Source: an uncultured Candidatus Entotheonella sp. (lineage in GTDB: Bacteria; Tectomicrobia; Entotheonellia; Entotheonellales; Entotheonellaceae). From it: a stretch of DNA of 64,000 bases. Below, in pieces: positions 37,759 to 47,324 of the stretch. Made by a program: the position numbers and the translations under genes. The DNA lies in assembly GCA_965215335.1 (NCBI GenBank), contig CBDCDA010000002.1, forward strand, positions 1,088,001 to 1,152,000, written 5' to 3'. The notes beneath the pieces are model-generated. The model was not told the origin of the DNA and searched no databases. It saw only the letters and a program-made list of their open reading frames with translations. Position 1 is the first letter of the stretch, and the number at the start of each line of letters is the position of its first letter.

Positions 37759-38943
37759 ATGTTCGAGCTGACGGAAGCGCAACAGGGGGTGCGGAGCAGT
37801 GTTGGCCGCTTTGCCCGGCGCGAATTGCGCTGGCGGGCCGGCAAACTGGACGCCGCGCCGCCGGGTTCGGTGGACGCGGACCTGCTGGCGCTGTGTTGCG
37901 ACGTCGGCCTGCTGTCGGCGCAATTGCCCGCCGCATACGGCGGTACCATGGATGGCTTCAGCGCCGCTATCGCGTCCGAAGAGCTGGCCTGCTGGGATGC
38001 GGGTACCGCAGCGCTACTGATGGCTAACAGCCAAGCGCAAGCGGCCGTCTCGCTGTCGGGCAACCGCCGCCTCATGGACCTGATGTTCCCCGAAATCATG
38101 GCCGCCGAAACCGCCCGCCAGCCGCTGCTGTGTGCCCTGGCATTGAGCGAGCGGCACCTGGGCAGCGACCTGCAGCATCCCGACGCGCCGGCCACCGGGC
38201 GCATGATGGTGACCGCCAGGCGGCGCGGCGACGGCTATGCACTGTCGGGCCGCAAGTCCTACTGCGCCGCTGGCAACGTCGCCCGCTGGATCGCCGTCTT
38301 CGCCACCCTGAGCGAGGATCGCAGCCCCGCGGGGCTGACCGGTTTCGTCATTCCCACCGATGCGCCGGGTTTCCACGTCAGCGAGGTGCTGCCGACCCTG
38401 GGCCTGCGGGCCTGCCCGCTGGTGGAGTTCTACGTGGAAAACGTCCGGGTGCCGCGCGAGCACCTGCTGACGACCGAGGGCGGCGGGGCCGCCCTGGTGC
38501 GAAAACTGGTCGCCCGCGGTCGCGCGCAGGCCGCCACCGTCGCGCTGGGAATTGCGCGCGGCGCTTACGAATTGGCGCACCGGCACGCGGTCGGGCGTGT
38601 GCAGGGCGGCGGGCCGATCCTGAGCCATCAGATGGTGCAGGGTGCGCTGGCCGACATGGCCATGCGGATCGAGGCGGCGCGTCTGCTGGCTTACAAGGCG
38701 GCGCTGTGCGACCCGCCACAACTGGCCCTGAGTTCCATGTCCAAGGTGTTTGCCAGCGAGGTCGCCGTGCAGGCGGCCGGCGACACCGTGCAATTGCTCG
38801 GCGCCTACGGCACGACGCGCAAGTCGGGGGCCGAGAGGATCTATCGGGACGCCAAAATGACGCAGATTCTCGCCGGCACCAACGACATCTGCCGTCTTGC
38901 GGTGACGGCCCCGCTGCGGCAATCCGCCGGCTGGGCAACGTAG
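37759..38943 (+). CDS. Acyl-CoA dehydrogenase family protein
   Basis: ALSE..GSD, LSGRK.Y, LGLRA, ERIYRDAK and GTNDI. Confidence 0.88.
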   Translation: MFELTEAQQGVRSSVGRFARRELRWRAGKLDAAPPGSVDADLLALCCDVGLLSAQLPAAYGGTMDGFSAAIASEELACWDAGTAALLMANSQAQAAVSLSGNRRLMDLMFPEIMAAETARQPLLCALALSERHLGSDLQHPDAPATGRMMVTARRRGDGYALSGRKSYCAAGNVARWIAVFATLSEDRSPAGLTGFVIPTDAPGFHVSEVLPTLGLRACPLVEFYVENVRVPREHLLTTEGGGAALVRKLVARGRAQAATVALGIARGAYELAHRHAVGRVQGGGPILSHQMVQGALADMAMRIEAARLLAYKAALCDPPQLALSSMSKVFASEVAVQAAGDTVQLLGAYGTTRKSGAERIYRDAKMTQILAGTNDICRLAVTAPLRQSAGWAT

Positions 38944-38957
38944 ATTCGGAGGCGCGC

Positions 38958-39716
38958 GTGGCAAAGACGGCCGGCATCGTGGTGATTGGCAACGAGATTC
39001 TCTCCGGCAAGGTGGTGGACGCCAATTCGCCCTACCTGTGCCGGGAACTGCGCCCGCTGGGGGTGGACGTGCGGCGCGTCGTGGTGCTGCCGGATGCCGT
39101 CGAGGTGATTGCCGAGCACGTCGCAGCGTTCACGCCGGCCTTCGACTACGTGCTGACGACCGGCGGCGTCGGCCCGACGCACGACGACGTCACCATCGAG
39201 GCGGTGGCCCGGGGCTTGGGCCGGCAAGTGGTCATCCAGCCCGATCTATACGCCCTGTTGCAGGAACATTGGACGGAGCGGCCCGCCGCGGTGCGGGACA
39301 AGATGGCGAGCGTGCCGGAGGGCACGCGGTTGCTGATGGAGCCGAGCCTGCCCATCCCGGTCTTGCTGGTCGGCAACGTGTACGTTTTTCCGGGCATCCC
39401 GAAGCTGTTCCGGCGGCTGTTTGACGACATCAAGGAGCGCTTCCGCGAGTCGCCGTATTACGCCCGCCACGTGTACGTGCGGGCCAGGGAGAGCACCTTT
39501 GCCCATCATCTGGAGGTCGTGACGACGGCGTTTCCCGATCTGATGCTGGGCTCCTACCCCGAGGTGGACAACCCGGCGTACCGGGTCGAGCTCACCCTGG
39601 AATCCAAGGACCCGGCCTACCTGAAACGGGCGCACGAGCACCTGCTGGCGCTGCTGCCCGCGGACGTCGTGGCCGACGTGGCGGTGCCCCGGTCGTGCGG
39701 AGGAGATGAGGCGTGA
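38958..39716 (+). CDS. CinA-like molybdopterin-binding domain protein
   Basis: IGNEILSGKVVDANS, TTGGVGPTHDDVT and LGSYP. Confidence 0.88.
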   Translation: MAKTAGIVVIGNEILSGKVVDANSPYLCRELRPLGVDVRRVVVLPDAVEVIAEHVAAFTPAFDYVLTTGGVGPTHDDVTIEAVARGLGRQVVIQPDLYALLQEHWTERPAAVRDKMASVPEGTRLLMEPSLPIPVLLVGNVYVFPGIPKLFRRLFDDIKERFRESPYYARHVYVRARESTFAHHLEVVTTAFPDLMLGSYPEVDNPAYRVELTLESKDPAYLKRAHEHLLALLPADVVADVAVPRSCGGDEA

Positions 39717-40261
39717 AGATCTACACCCGGACGGGTGACGCAGGCGAAACCGGACTGTTCGACGGCACGCGGGTGCCGAAAGACGCTGCACGGGTGTCGG
39801 CCTACGGGGACGTGGACGAACTGAACGCCGTGCTGGGGCTGGCCCTGGCCTTCGTGCGCGAGGACGATGACCTGCGGCCGTGCCTGCTGACCGTCCAGCG
39901 CGACCTGTTCACGGTCGGCGCCCACCTGGCCGATCCGAGCGCGCGGGTCGAGGCCAGGCGCGGCGCCAAGGCCGTCTTTACGGAAGACAGGGTGAGCCAG
40001 CTGGAAGCATGGATCGACCGGTTCGAGGCGCAGTTGCAACCGCTGCGGCAATTCATCCTGCCCGGCGGCTCGAAGGGCGGCGCCACCCTGCACCTCGCCC
40101 GCACCGTCGGGCGCCGGGCCGAGCGGCGCATCGTTGCGTTGTCGCACGAGGTGGAAATCGACCCCCTCATTCTGCAGTATATGAATCGGCTGTCGGACTT
40201 TCTGTTTGTCGCGGCGCGGCTGGAGAACCTGCATCGCCGTCATGAGGAAATTCCCTGGTAA
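39713..40261 (+). CDS. pduO: ATP:cob(I)alamin adenosyltransferase (PduO type)
   Basis: KIYTRTGDAGET, YGDVDELN, FILPGG, RRAER and NRLSDFLF. Confidence 0.92.
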   Translation: MKIYTRTGDAGETGLFDGTRVPKDAARVSAYGDVDELNAVLGLALAFVREDDDLRPCLLTVQRDLFTVGAHLADPSARVEARRGAKAVFTEDRVSQLEAWIDRFEAQLQPLRQFILPGGSKGGATLHLARTVGRRAERRIVALSHEVEIDPLILQYMNRLSDFLFVAARLENLHRRHEEIPW

Positions 40262-40322
40262 TTTCCGCGGCCTCGCCAAGGCCGCATATGGGAAATGGGC
40301 AAGGATTGCCGGGCCGCGAACC

Positions 40323-40349
40323 CTGGATTCCCGCTTGCGCGGGGATGAC
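40323..40349. repeat. REP-like palindromic element
   Basis: CTGGATTCCCGCTTGCGCGGGGATGAC, a widespread short intergenic palindrome type. Confidence 0.55.
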
Positions 40350-40394
40350 CGTTCAGGGCATTGCGCGGGCTGTTCTTGCAGGAAGGAGTGCGCA

Positions 40395-40925
40395 TTGATT
40401 CTCAAGGTAGCTCGATTGGGGCACCCGGTGCTGCGACAGGTGGCCGAGCCGGTGCCGCCGGATGAGATCACGTCGCCGGAGGTGCAGCGGTTCATCGACG
40501 ACATGATCGAGACGATGTACGAGTACGACGGTGCCGGGCTGGCCGCCCCGCAGGTGCATGTGTCCAAGCAGGTCGTGGTGATGGAGGTGGCGCGAAACCC
40601 GCGCTACCCGAACGCCCCGGACATTCCGCTGACGGTCTATGTCAACCCGGAAATCACGCCACTGACCGATGAGAAGGTGGAGGACTGGGAGGGCTGCCTG
40701 AGCGTGCCGGGCATGCGCGGACGGGTGCCGCGGCACGCGCGGATTCGCCTGCAGGCGTATGACCGCGAGGGGCAGCGGCTGGACTTCGTGGCCGAAGGGT
40801 TCCACGCCCGCGTGATTCAGCACGAATGCGATCACGTACAGGGCAAGGTATACCTCGACCGCATGACGAGCATGGAATCGCTGACCTTCACGGAAGAATT
40901 CATCAAGTACGGGATGGGCGAGTAG
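40395..40925 (+). CDS. def: Peptide deformylase
   Basis: GAGLAAPQV, EGCLS and QHECDH motifs. Confidence 0.96.
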   Translation: MILKVARLGHPVLRQVAEPVPPDEITSPEVQRFIDDMIETMYEYDGAGLAAPQVHVSKQVVVMEVARNPRYPNAPDIPLTVYVNPEITPLTDEKVEDWEGCLSVPGMRGRVPRHARIRLQAYDREGQRLDFVAEGFHARVIQHECDHVQGKVYLDRMTSMESLTFTEEFIKYGMGE

Positions 40926-41991
40926 GGGTCCTGTCCGGTGGTCGGGCCGGACCGTTGCGCAGTTGGTCGAGGGCCCAGGCAGCGTGTTCGCGGATGAGCG
41001 GTTCCTCGTCCTGCAACAGATCTTCAAGCACGGGGATGAAGTCGGGGTTGCCGGAGTTGCCCATCGCCACGCAGACGTTGCGCAGCAGGCCGCGTCGCCT
41101 GGGACGTTCGAGGGCGGTGCCGCGGAAGCGTTGCCTGAAGGCCTCGGGGGTGAGGCGGGCCAGTTCTTCGAGGTCCGGATGCACGTGCTCCGGGCGAGGT
41201 CGCAGACCGGTTTCGGCGGTGAAATGGCGTTTGCGGTTCCAGGGGCAGACGTCCTGGCAGATGTCGCAGCCCAGCACGTGGTTGCCCAGCGGTGCGCGCA
41301 GGGCCTCGGGAATCGCGGTCTTGAGCTCGATCGTCAGGTAGGAAATGCAGCGCCGCGCGTCGAGGACGTACGGTTCGGGGAACGCCTCGGTGGGGCAGGC
41401 GTCCAGGCAGCGGGTGCAGGTGCCGCAATGGTCGGGCGTCGGGACGTCGATGGCCAGCGGCACCGTCAGGACGAGGACGCCGAGGAGCAGCCAGGAGCCG
41501 AGACGCTTGTTGAGCAGACAGGTGTTCTTGCCGAACCAGCCGAGGCCGGCGTATTTTGCATACACCCGCTCCACCACAGGCCCGGTATCCACGTACAGCT
41601 TGCTGGCTGCCGCCGACGGCAGCAGCGTGGCCGCGAAGTTTCGCAGCCGTTTCAGCTTGTTCTCAAGCACGTCATGGTAATCTTCGCCCCAGGCGTAACG
41701 CGCCACCCAGCCGCGTCTCGAGTCCGCGTGCTCGGTGGAGTAGGGGTAGGGGGTATCGTAATTCTGCCCGCACACCACGACCGACCGTGCACCGGGCAGG
41801 ACCTTCCGCAGGTCGCTGCGGCGCTCCCTGGTGCGGGACAGGTAGTGCATGTCCCCGGCATGGCCCGCCGCCAGCCATTTCTCATAGAAGGCCAATTCCG
41901 GGCCACCCGGCGCCGGCGCCACCCCCACGAGATCGAACCCCAGTTCCAGGGCGTGCTGCTTGATGCGTTGGGTCAGTTCGCGCTGGGACAT
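40903..41991 (-). CDS. queG: tRNA epoxyqueuosine reductase
   Basis: ARYAWGEDYH, YVDTGPVVER, CGTCTRCLDACPT, RRCISYLTIE and GCDICQDVCPWN. Confidence 0.95.
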   Translation of the reverse strand: MSQRELTQRIKQHALELGFDLVGVAPAPGGPELAFYEKWLAAGHAGDMHYLSRTRERRSDLRKVLPGARSVVVCGQNYDTPYPYSTEHADSRRGWVARYAWGEDYHDVLENKLKRLRNFAATLLPSAAASKLYVDTGPVVERVYAKYAGLGWFGKNTCLLNKRLGSWLLLGVLVLTVPLAIDVPTPDHCGTCTRCLDACPTEAFPEPYVLDARRCISYLTIELKTAIPEALRAPLGNHVLGCDICQDVCPWNRKRHFTAETGLRPRPEHVHPDLEELARLTPEAFRQRFRGTALERPRRRGLLRNVCVAMGNSGNPDFIPVLEDLLQDEEPLIREHAAWALDQLRNGPARPPDRTPTRPSRT

Positions 41992-42028
41992 GTGCCTGCC
42001 GCTCTCGTGACGGGATCCCATTTTGTTC

Positions 42029-42056
42029 TGGACGAATCATCCGGTGGCAGTATAAT
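42029..42056 (+). promoter_or_regulatory. Putative sigma70 promoter of tRNA-Asn
   Basis: TGGACG-N16-TATAAT, 11 bp upstream of the tRNA. Confidence 0.55.
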
Positions 42057-42067
42057 ACACGCGTCAT

Positions 42068-42140
42068 TCCCCGGTAGCTCAGCAGGTAGAGCGGTTGGCT
42101 GTTAACCAATTGGTCGCTGGTTCGAGTCCGGCCCGGGGAG
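42068..42140 (+). tRNA. tRNA-Asn(GTT), CCA not encoded
   Basis: Acceptor stem TCCCCGG/CCGGGGA, D-loop AGCAGGTA, anticodon loop CTGTTAA, T-loop TTCGAGT. Confidence 0.97.
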
Positions 42141-42185
42141 CCTGAAGCCGAGCCGCCCCTTCCGGCGGTTCCTCACCATGACGCG

Positions 42186-42221
42186 AGACCCCGACGGGCG
42201 CCCCCCTCGGGGTCTTGTTGT
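42186..42221 (+). terminator. Hairpin/terminator after the tRNA
   Basis: AGACCCCGA...TCGGGGTCT followed by TGTTGT. Confidence 0.5.
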
Positions 42222-42283
42222 ATCTGGCGACAGGCGGGGGGACGTTCTTCGCCGATGCCCCGGAATGCAACGAGAACTGCAAC

Positions 42284-44725
42284 ATGGCCCTGAAAAAGTC
42301 CCGACTCTACGCCTCGCTGTGGCAAAGCTGCGACGAGCTGCGCGGCGGCATGGATGCCTCACAGTACAAGGACTACGTTCTCACCCTGCTGTTCATGAAG
42401 TACGTTTCGGACAAATACGCCGGCAGGCCGGACGCGCTCGTCGTGCCCGACGGTGGTGGCTTTGCCGACCTGGTGAGGCTCAAGGGCGACAAGGAGATCG
42501 GCGACAGGATCAACAAGATCATCGGTCGGCTCGCCGAGGCCAATGACCTCAAGGGGGTCATCGACCAGGCCGATTTCAACGACGAGAGCAAGCTCGGTGC
42601 GGGCAAGGAGATGCAGGACCGGCTCTCCAGGCTGGTGGCCATCTTCGACGGTCTCGACTTCCGCGCCAACCGTGCCGAGGGTGACGACCTGCTTGGCGAT
42701 GCCTATGAATACCTGATGCGCCACTTCGCCACCGAGTCCGGCAAGAGCAAGGGACAGTTCTACACCCCGGCCGAGGTGTCGCGCGTCATGGCCAAGGTGA
42801 TCGGCATCGGCGCCGACACCCGCCAGGACCAGACGATCTACGATCCCGCCTGCGGCTCCGGCTCGCTGCTGCTCAAGGCCGCCGACGAGGCGCCGCACGG
42901 CATCACCATCTACGGGCAGGAAATGGACAATGCCACCTGGGCGTTGGCACGGATGAACATGATCCTGCACGGCCACCCGACCGCCGAGTTGTGGCGTGGC
43001 AACACGCTCGCTGCTCCGTATTTCAAGAACCAGAACGGCAGCCTCAAGACCTTCGATTTCGCGGTCGCCAATCCCCCTTTCTCTGCCAAGGCCTGGTCCA
43101 GCGGTCTTGATCCGGCCCACGATGAATTCAGACGTTTCGAGCATGGAGTTCCCCCGGCCAAGAACGGTGATCATGCCTTCCTGCTCCACCTCGTCACGTC
43201 GCTCAGGAGCACGGGCAAGGGCGCCATCATCCTGCCGCACGGCGTGCTCTTCCGCGGTAACCGGGAGGCCGGCATCCGCCGGAACCTCATCCTGCGCGGT
43301 TTCATCAAGGGTATCATCGGCCTGCCGGCCAATCTCTTCTACGGCACCGGTATCCCCGCCTGCATCCTGGTCCTCGACAAGGAGTGCGCCGCGGCGCGTA
43401 CCGGCATCTTCATGATTGACGCAAGCAAGGGGTTCCACAAGGATGGCAACAAGAACCGCCTGCGCGCCCAGGACATCCACCGGATCGTGGACGTATTCAA
43501 CAAGCAGGTCGAGACGCCGCGCTACTCCCGCCTGGTGCCGGTGGCCGAGATCGCGGATCCGGCCAACGATTACAACCTCAACATCCCGCGCTACATCGAC
43601 GCCAGCGAGCCGGAGGACCTGCACGATCTCGATGCACACCTGCATGGCGGCATCCCCGATCGCGACCTTGACGCCCTGAACGCCTACTGGGACGTCTTCC
43701 CGTCCCTGCGCCAGGCGTTGTTCGCGGGCAATGGTCGAGCGGGCTACAGCGAAGCCCGCGTCGAGGCGCAGCGGGTGAAAGCCACGATCCTCGGCCACGG
43801 CGAGTTCAAATCCTACCAACGACGCGTCGCCACCGTCTTTGACGCCTGGCGCAAGGTCCACGAACCCGCTCTCATGGGGCTCGAGAGAGGGGCCAACCCC
43901 AAGAATGTCATCCACACCCTGGCGGAAGACCTGCTCGCGTGTTTCGCCGGCCTGCCGTTACTCGACCGGCATGACGCGTATCAGCGGTTGATGGACTACT
44001 GGGATGAGGTGATGCAGGACGATGCGTATCTGATTGCTACGGACGGCTGGACCGAAGCAGCCAGGCCGCGCGGCATCATCGCGGACAAGGAAAAGAAGAT
44101 CAGAGAGGCCCCGGACCTGACCATCAAGCGCAGGAAATACAAGATGGACCTGATTCCTCCGGCCTTGGTTGTCGCGTGTTACTTCGCCACGGAGCGGGCC
44201 GCGCTCGAAACGCTTCAAGCCGAGCAAGACGCCGCCGCCTGCGAACTGGAGGCGTTCGTCGAGGCGCATGCCGGCGAGGACGGCCCGCTGGCGGACGCCG
44301 CCCATGACAAAGGCAAGGTCAGCAGAGCAAGCGTGAAGGAGCGGCTCAAGACCATTCAGGACGAGCCGGAGAGCGACGAGGAGGAGCGGGACATCCTCAT
44401 GCGCTGCCTGAACCTGATCGAGGCCGCGTCCAGCGCCGGCAAGGCGGTCAGGGACGCCCAGGCCGAGCTGGACCAGAAGGTGTTGGCCCACTACGCCGTG
44501 CTCACCGTGGCCGAGATCAAGACCTTGGTGGTCGAGGACAAATGGCTCGCTACTATTCGGGAGGCCGTCGAAGACGAAATGCAGCGGCTGACCCATCAAC
44601 TTGCCGGGCGCGTCAAAGAGTTGGAAGAGCGCTACGCTCGACCGCTGCCGGAGTTGGAACATGAGGTGGAAGCGTTTGGTGCCAAGGTCGAAGGACACTT
44701 GAAGCGGATGGGGTTGTCGCTATGA
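42284..44725 (+). CDS. hsdM: Type I restriction-modification methyltransferase subunit (long form)
   Basis: CDELRGGMDASQYKDY, GQFYTP, YDPACGSGSLL, ANPPF and YNLNIPRYI. Confidence 0.95.
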   Translation: MALKKSRLYASLWQSCDELRGGMDASQYKDYVLTLLFMKYVSDKYAGRPDALVVPDGGGFADLVRLKGDKEIGDRINKIIGRLAEANDLKGVIDQADFNDESKLGAGKEMQDRLSRLVAIFDGLDFRANRAEGDDLLGDAYEYLMRHFATESGKSKGQFYTPAEVSRVMAKVIGIGADTRQDQTIYDPACGSGSLLLKAADEAPHGITIYGQEMDNATWALARMNMILHGHPTAELWRGNTLAAPYFKNQNGSLKTFDFAVANPPFSAKAWSSGLDPAHDEFRRFEHGVPPAKNGDHAFLLHLVTSLRSTGKGAIILPHGVLFRGNREAGIRRNLILRGFIKGIIGLPANLFYGTGIPACILVLDKECAAARTGIFMIDASKGFHKDGNKNRLRAQDIHRIVDVFNKQVETPRYSRLVPVAEIADPANDYNLNIPRYIDASEPEDLHDLDAHLHGGIPDRDLDALNAYWDVFPSLRQALFAGNGRAGYSEARVEAQRVKATILGHGEFKSYQRRVATVFDAWRKVHEPALMGLERGANPKNVIHTLAEDLLACFAGLPLLDRHDAYQRLMDYWDEVMQDDAYLIATDGWTEAARPRGIIADKEKKIREAPDLTIKRRKYKMDLIPPALVVACYFATERAALETLQAEQDAAACELEAFVEAHAGEDGPLADAAHDKGKVSRASVKERLKTIQDEPESDEEERDILMRCLNLIEAASSAGKAVRDAQAELDQKVLAHYAVLTVAEIKTLVVEDKWLATIREAVEDEMQRLTHQLAGRVKELEERYARPLPELEHEVEAFGAKVEGHLKRMGLSL

Positions 44726-44799
44726 CGGAGGTATTCGTACCGCTGAGTTCACTTCGGAAGCATGGGTCTGATGGCCTGTAACCACAAAGGAGAATCGCC

Positions 44800-45075
44800 A
44801 TGTCCGTATCAAAACCTCGGTACAGCAAAGAGGAGTTCGCTCGCCGTGGCGATGAGATATACGACCGCGAGATAAGCCCTCATGTTGGACCTGACGACGA
44901 AGGTAAATTCGTGGTCATCGACATTGAGACAGGAGCTTATGAGATTGATCAGGACGAATTGGCTGCATCCGACCGCCTTCTTGCCCGTGGACTCGATGCA
45001 CAAATGTGGACAAGGCGTGTTGGATCCCGGTATGCCCGCCGCTTTGCCCCTCGCTACAGGGCGAGTGGTGCATGA
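44800..45075 (+). CDS. Small conserved protein (DUF5678-like)
   Basis: AAGGAG RBS; GKFVVIDIETGAYEID; ATGA overlap with the protease gene. Confidence 0.7.
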   Translation: MSVSKPRYSKEEFARRGDEIYDREISPHVGPDDEGKFVVIDIETGAYEIDQDELAASDRLLARGLDAQMWTRRVGSRYARRFAPRYRASGA

Positions 45076-45443
45076 TAACCGGCCATGTTACTGCATGTCG
45101 AGAGGCCGTCCTCTCTCTGAATGTGGGGGGACCTGGAAACCAGGAGCAAGAGATTGATGCGGTTGTCGATACAGGTTTCAATGGTTTCCTGACGCTTCCT
45201 GCATCCCTTATTCAGGAGTTGGGCCTTGTCTGGCGTCGGCGGGGGCGGGCCATGCTTGCCGACGGCAGTAACAGCGTCTTCGATATCTACGAGGCTGCCG
45301 TCACATGGGATGGCAGGCCGCGACGGATTGCCGTGGACGAGGCGGACTGTGCTCCGCTTGTTGGCATGTCGCTGCTTTACGGCTATGAGTTGACCGTTCA
45401 AGTCGTAGATGGAGGCAGTGTGGTCATACGTCCCCTGCCGTAG
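45072..45443 (+). CDS. Clan AA (retropepsin-like) aspartic protease
   Basis: AVVDTGF and PLVGMSLL motifs. Confidence 0.85.
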   Translation: MITGHVTACREAVLSLNVGGPGNQEQEIDAVVDTGFNGFLTLPASLIQELGLVWRRRGRAMLADGSNSVFDIYEAAVTWDGRPRRIAVDEADCAPLVGMSLLYGYELTVQVVDGGSVVIRPLP

Positions 45444-45494
45444 CCCAACTGGAGAGCGTCCGAAAGAAACCTGGAAACCGGGAACGTACAGACG

Positions 45495-46835
45495 ATGAAT
45501 AGCGGGCAAGGGACAATGGGCAGCGCTCTTGGAGATGGACGCCATGCGCCAGCGGAGAAGGTGCCAGTGGGTTACAAGCGGACTGAGGCGGGGGTGATTC
45601 CGAGTAAATGGATGGTGTTTTCCATAGGCGAGATATTTGACTGTCTGCGCACCGCTTCCAATTCGAGAGCCGACCTCGGCGACGCGGGTGCCGTTGCGTA
45701 TGTGCACTACGGGGATATCCACACCCGCTTTCATCACTTTATCGATTTCTCTCGTGATAATGTGCCACGCCTCTTGGCTGGTACGGGCGTCACGGCTACC
45801 CGGCTTCGTGATGGCGACCTGATTGTCGCAGATGCTTCCGAAGACGAAACCGGGATCGGCAAGAGCGTGGAAGTTCGCAACCTTGGTACGATTGAAGCAG
45901 TCTCGGGGCTGCACACTGTCCTCCTGAGGGCAAAGGATCGACGAGTTCTTGAGGGCTATCGTGGATACCTTCTTGAGGCGACAACCGCAAAGGAACAATT
46001 ACGTCGTCTTGCCACCGGTCTGAAGGTCTTCGGGATATCGAAGCGGGCGCTCAGAGACATTGGCGTCCTGCTGCCACCACAAACCGAACAACGCGCCATC
46101 GCCGAGGCGTTGTCGGACGTGGATGGGTTGATTCGGGCATTGGAGGCGCTGATCGCCAAGAAACGGGCCATCAAGCAGGCCGCCATGCAGCAACTCCTTA
46201 CCGGCAGGACTCGCCTGCCGGGGTTCAGTGGGGCGTGGGAGACGAAACGACTCGGGGAATTGGGAATCTTCTCAAAGGGCCGTGGGATCAAACGCGAGGA
46301 TGTCTCTGACACGGGCCTGCCGTGTATCCGCTACGGAGAGCTATACACACGATACAAAGACTATATCTCGAACCCCGTATCGCATATTCCTCTGGCTGTC
46401 GCCTTGGAGGCACTACCGATTAAGAAAGGCGACCTTCTATTTGCAGGATCGGGTGAGACAGCAGAGGAGATCGGTATATGCGCGGCGTATCTTGGTGAAG
46501 AACCGGCTTATGTGGGTGGAGATGTCATCATCTTGACCCCATCGGGGCAAAATCCGATTTACCTTGGCCATCTAATGAATCATCCAACCGTGGCGACACA
46601 AAAGGCCCGTATGGGTCAGGGAGACGCGGTCGTTCATATCAGTGCCAGTAACTTGGCTCAGGTGAGGGTCGAGCTCCCGCCTCTCACAGAACAGTGCGCC
46701 ATCGCCAACATCCTCTCCGACATGGACGCCGACATCGCCGCGTTGGAGCAACGCCGGGACAAGACCCGCGCCATCAAGCAGGGCATGATGCAGCAACTCC
46801 TCACTGGACGGATTCGGCTTGTCAAGCCGGAGTAG
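45495..46835 (+). CDS. hsdS: Type I restriction-modification specificity subunit
   Basis: Two lower-GC TRDs, each followed by PP.EQ.AIA..LSD...AIKQ..MQQLLTG. Confidence 0.95.
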   Translation: MNSGQGTMGSALGDGRHAPAEKVPVGYKRTEAGVIPSKWMVFSIGEIFDCLRTASNSRADLGDAGAVAYVHYGDIHTRFHHFIDFSRDNVPRLLAGTGVTATRLRDGDLIVADASEDETGIGKSVEVRNLGTIEAVSGLHTVLLRAKDRRVLEGYRGYLLEATTAKEQLRRLATGLKVFGISKRALRDIGVLLPPQTEQRAIAEALSDVDGLIRALEALIAKKRAIKQAAMQQLLTGRTRLPGFSGAWETKRLGELGIFSKGRGIKREDVSDTGLPCIRYGELYTRYKDYISNPVSHIPLAVALEALPIKKGDLLFAGSGETAEEIGICAAYLGEEPAYVGGDVIILTPSGQNPIYLGHLMNHPTVATQKARMGQGDAVVHISASNLAQVRVELPPLTEQCAIANILSDMDADIAALEQRRDKTRAIKQGMMQQLLTGRIRLVKPE

Positions 46836-46838
46836 ACT

Positions 46839-47321
46839 ATGGCAGTAACATACTCGGATCAGGAGGTTGAGTCGTTGTTATGGGAGCGTAAGCCTTTGCC
46901 GTCCGACCGGCGCGCCTGGACTCGTCTACGGCCCAAGCGTGGCCATAATGAAAGGCATCTGGATCTGACCGGTGATACGGGGAGCGAGTTCCGCCTGATT
47001 CTCAGGCGGAGCACCGTCAATCAACTCGACTTTTCGATTGTTCTGGCTGTTCGGGTTCCGCAGTCGAACCAGCTTTTCCGACTTCGCCGCTGTAACGGCC
47101 GGAGTCATGAGCACACCAACCACATCGAAGGCGTGACCTTCTATGATTTTCACATTCACTTCGCAACGGAGCGGTATCAGGCCCTCGGAGCGCGGGAGGA
47201 CGCATACGCCGAGCCAACCGATCGCTACAGCAGCTTTCACGGCGCCCTGCAGTGCCTGATTGCCGATGCGAATTTCGAGGTTCCACCTGAGCCGCAGGGT
47301 GACCTTTTCGAGGAGGGGTAG
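46839..47321 (+). CDS. Conserved hypothetical His-rich protein (DUF6978-like)
   Basis: LRRCNGRSHEHTN.IE...FHIHFATERYQ; tightly spaced between hsdS and the next gene. Confidence 0.7.
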   Translation: MAVTYSDQEVESLLWERKPLPSDRRAWTRLRPKRGHNERHLDLTGDTGSEFRLILRRSTVNQLDFSIVLAVRVPQSNQLFRLRRCNGRSHEHTNHIEGVTFYDFHIHFATERYQALGAREDAYAEPTDRYSSFHGALQCLIADANFEVPPEPQGDLFEEG

Positions 47322-47324
47322 GCG

